Source: Paraspadella gotoi (Eukaryota > Animalia > Chaetognatha). Taken from it: 64,000 nucleotides of DNA. The translations under genes were made by a program, and so were the position numbers. Below are positions 63,186 to 64,000 of this stretch, piece after piece; the stretch's first letter is position 1, and each line of letters opens with the position of its first letter. The stretch lies in contig CM119263.1 of NCBI GenBank assembly GCA_051294375.1, positions 26,759,525-26,823,524 of the forward strand, given 5' to 3'. Under the pieces are notes generated by a model. It did no database searches. It was not told the origin of the DNA and saw only the letters and a program-made list of their open reading frames with translations.

Positions 63186-63517
63186 AAGAGAGATAGAGAG
63201 ATCGTTTACGCGATTCTGTACGTTTTTTAACGTCGCCAGTTTATTACGTCCGGAATCAATCTTCGCGAACTTTGGTGATGGGCGGCGTCGCGCTGGCGTC
63301 GGCTGCGTTTATGACTGGGGCTGCGGCGCGGCGGCGCGGCGGCTGGCGACGACTTCAACGCCTTTCGAATCACAGACGTCGAATTTAGCAGATTTTATTG
63401 TATTTGTACCGAAAATTAAAAATTTTAGTCAGAATCCTTCTTTCTCTATTCATTCTAATATTTATATCTCATCAATTGAACAATTAAAAGCGTTTTCTGC
63501 TTTTCTTTGAGACATTT
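62762..63517. repeat. Fold-back inverted repeat (~315 bp arms: 62762-63074, 63198-63517) around a (GA)n spacer
   Basis: aaatgtctcaagaaaagcagaaacgc...gcgtaaacgatctc is the reverse complement of gagatcgtttacgc...gcgttttctgcttttctttgagacattt, with indels. Confidence 0.9.
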
Positions 63518-64000
63518 TATTCTCGTTAGATAACCAAGCAAAAATCACAAATCAATTTCAATCTTTTATAAATTCAACCTTTCGCATCAAAACTCTGGCT
63601 TCTTCTCACAGTTGTCTTTCTCGTTTCATCATTCATTCATTATTCATTCATTCATTTCATTCATTCATTCCTTCATTCATTCATTCATTCATTCATTCAT
63701 TCATTCATTCATTCATTTCATTCATTTATTCTCATTCATTCATTCATTTATTTATTCTCATTCACAGTGCCTTTTTCTTCGTTTCTCCAAATTTTAAGTC
63801 ATGCTTATTCTTTGCCACCTTAATTCATTCTTCGTTTTTCAGATAAATCCCTTTTCTCATCATCTTGTTTTTTCAAAATTAGACTCAGTTTTTCACTTTT
63901 TCTCTCTCTGAAACTCCCAAACTTTTCTCCCTCTCTACGTCACTCCTCTCTCTCTTTCTTTTCTCCCTCTATTCACTTTTTCCCTCTCTCTCTCTATTCT

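Overview
Eukaryotic, probably invertebrate, genomic DNA. It is AT-rich, saturated with (GA/TC)n, (GAC)n, (CTTT)n, (AAT)n and (ATTC)n microsatellites, and broken by many N gaps, six of which are exactly 25 N. Only one protein-coding gene is well supported: an apparently intronless cytosolic sulfotransferase on the minus strand (~21708-22649). Nearly all other ORFs in the track are microsatellite or N-gap artefacts. Much of the window consists of near-identical local duplications that differ mostly by small indels: inverted 4748-7529 vs 8797-15088, and direct 23720-26022/27851-30185, 34329-34950/34992-35469, 42969-49250/49251-55194 and 57110-57602/63508-64000. These look like long-read gap-filling or haplotype redundancy. 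The most interesting element is a ~3.36 kb LTR-bounded insertion (8961-12319, minus strand) whose empty site is present in the other duplicate arm. It has a tRNA-His-like PBS, a PPT, a probable CCAT target duplication, apparently non-canonical CAACG...CGTTG ends and no recognisable gag/pol, only fragments of an unknown hydrophilic ORF. Also present are a Helentron-associated (HINE/DINE-1-like) element, a probable Helitron 3' end, and a microsatellite-free ~4.6 kb island with short minus-strand introns and an unidentified reading frame. I saw no CRISPR array, rRNA gene or tRNA gene.
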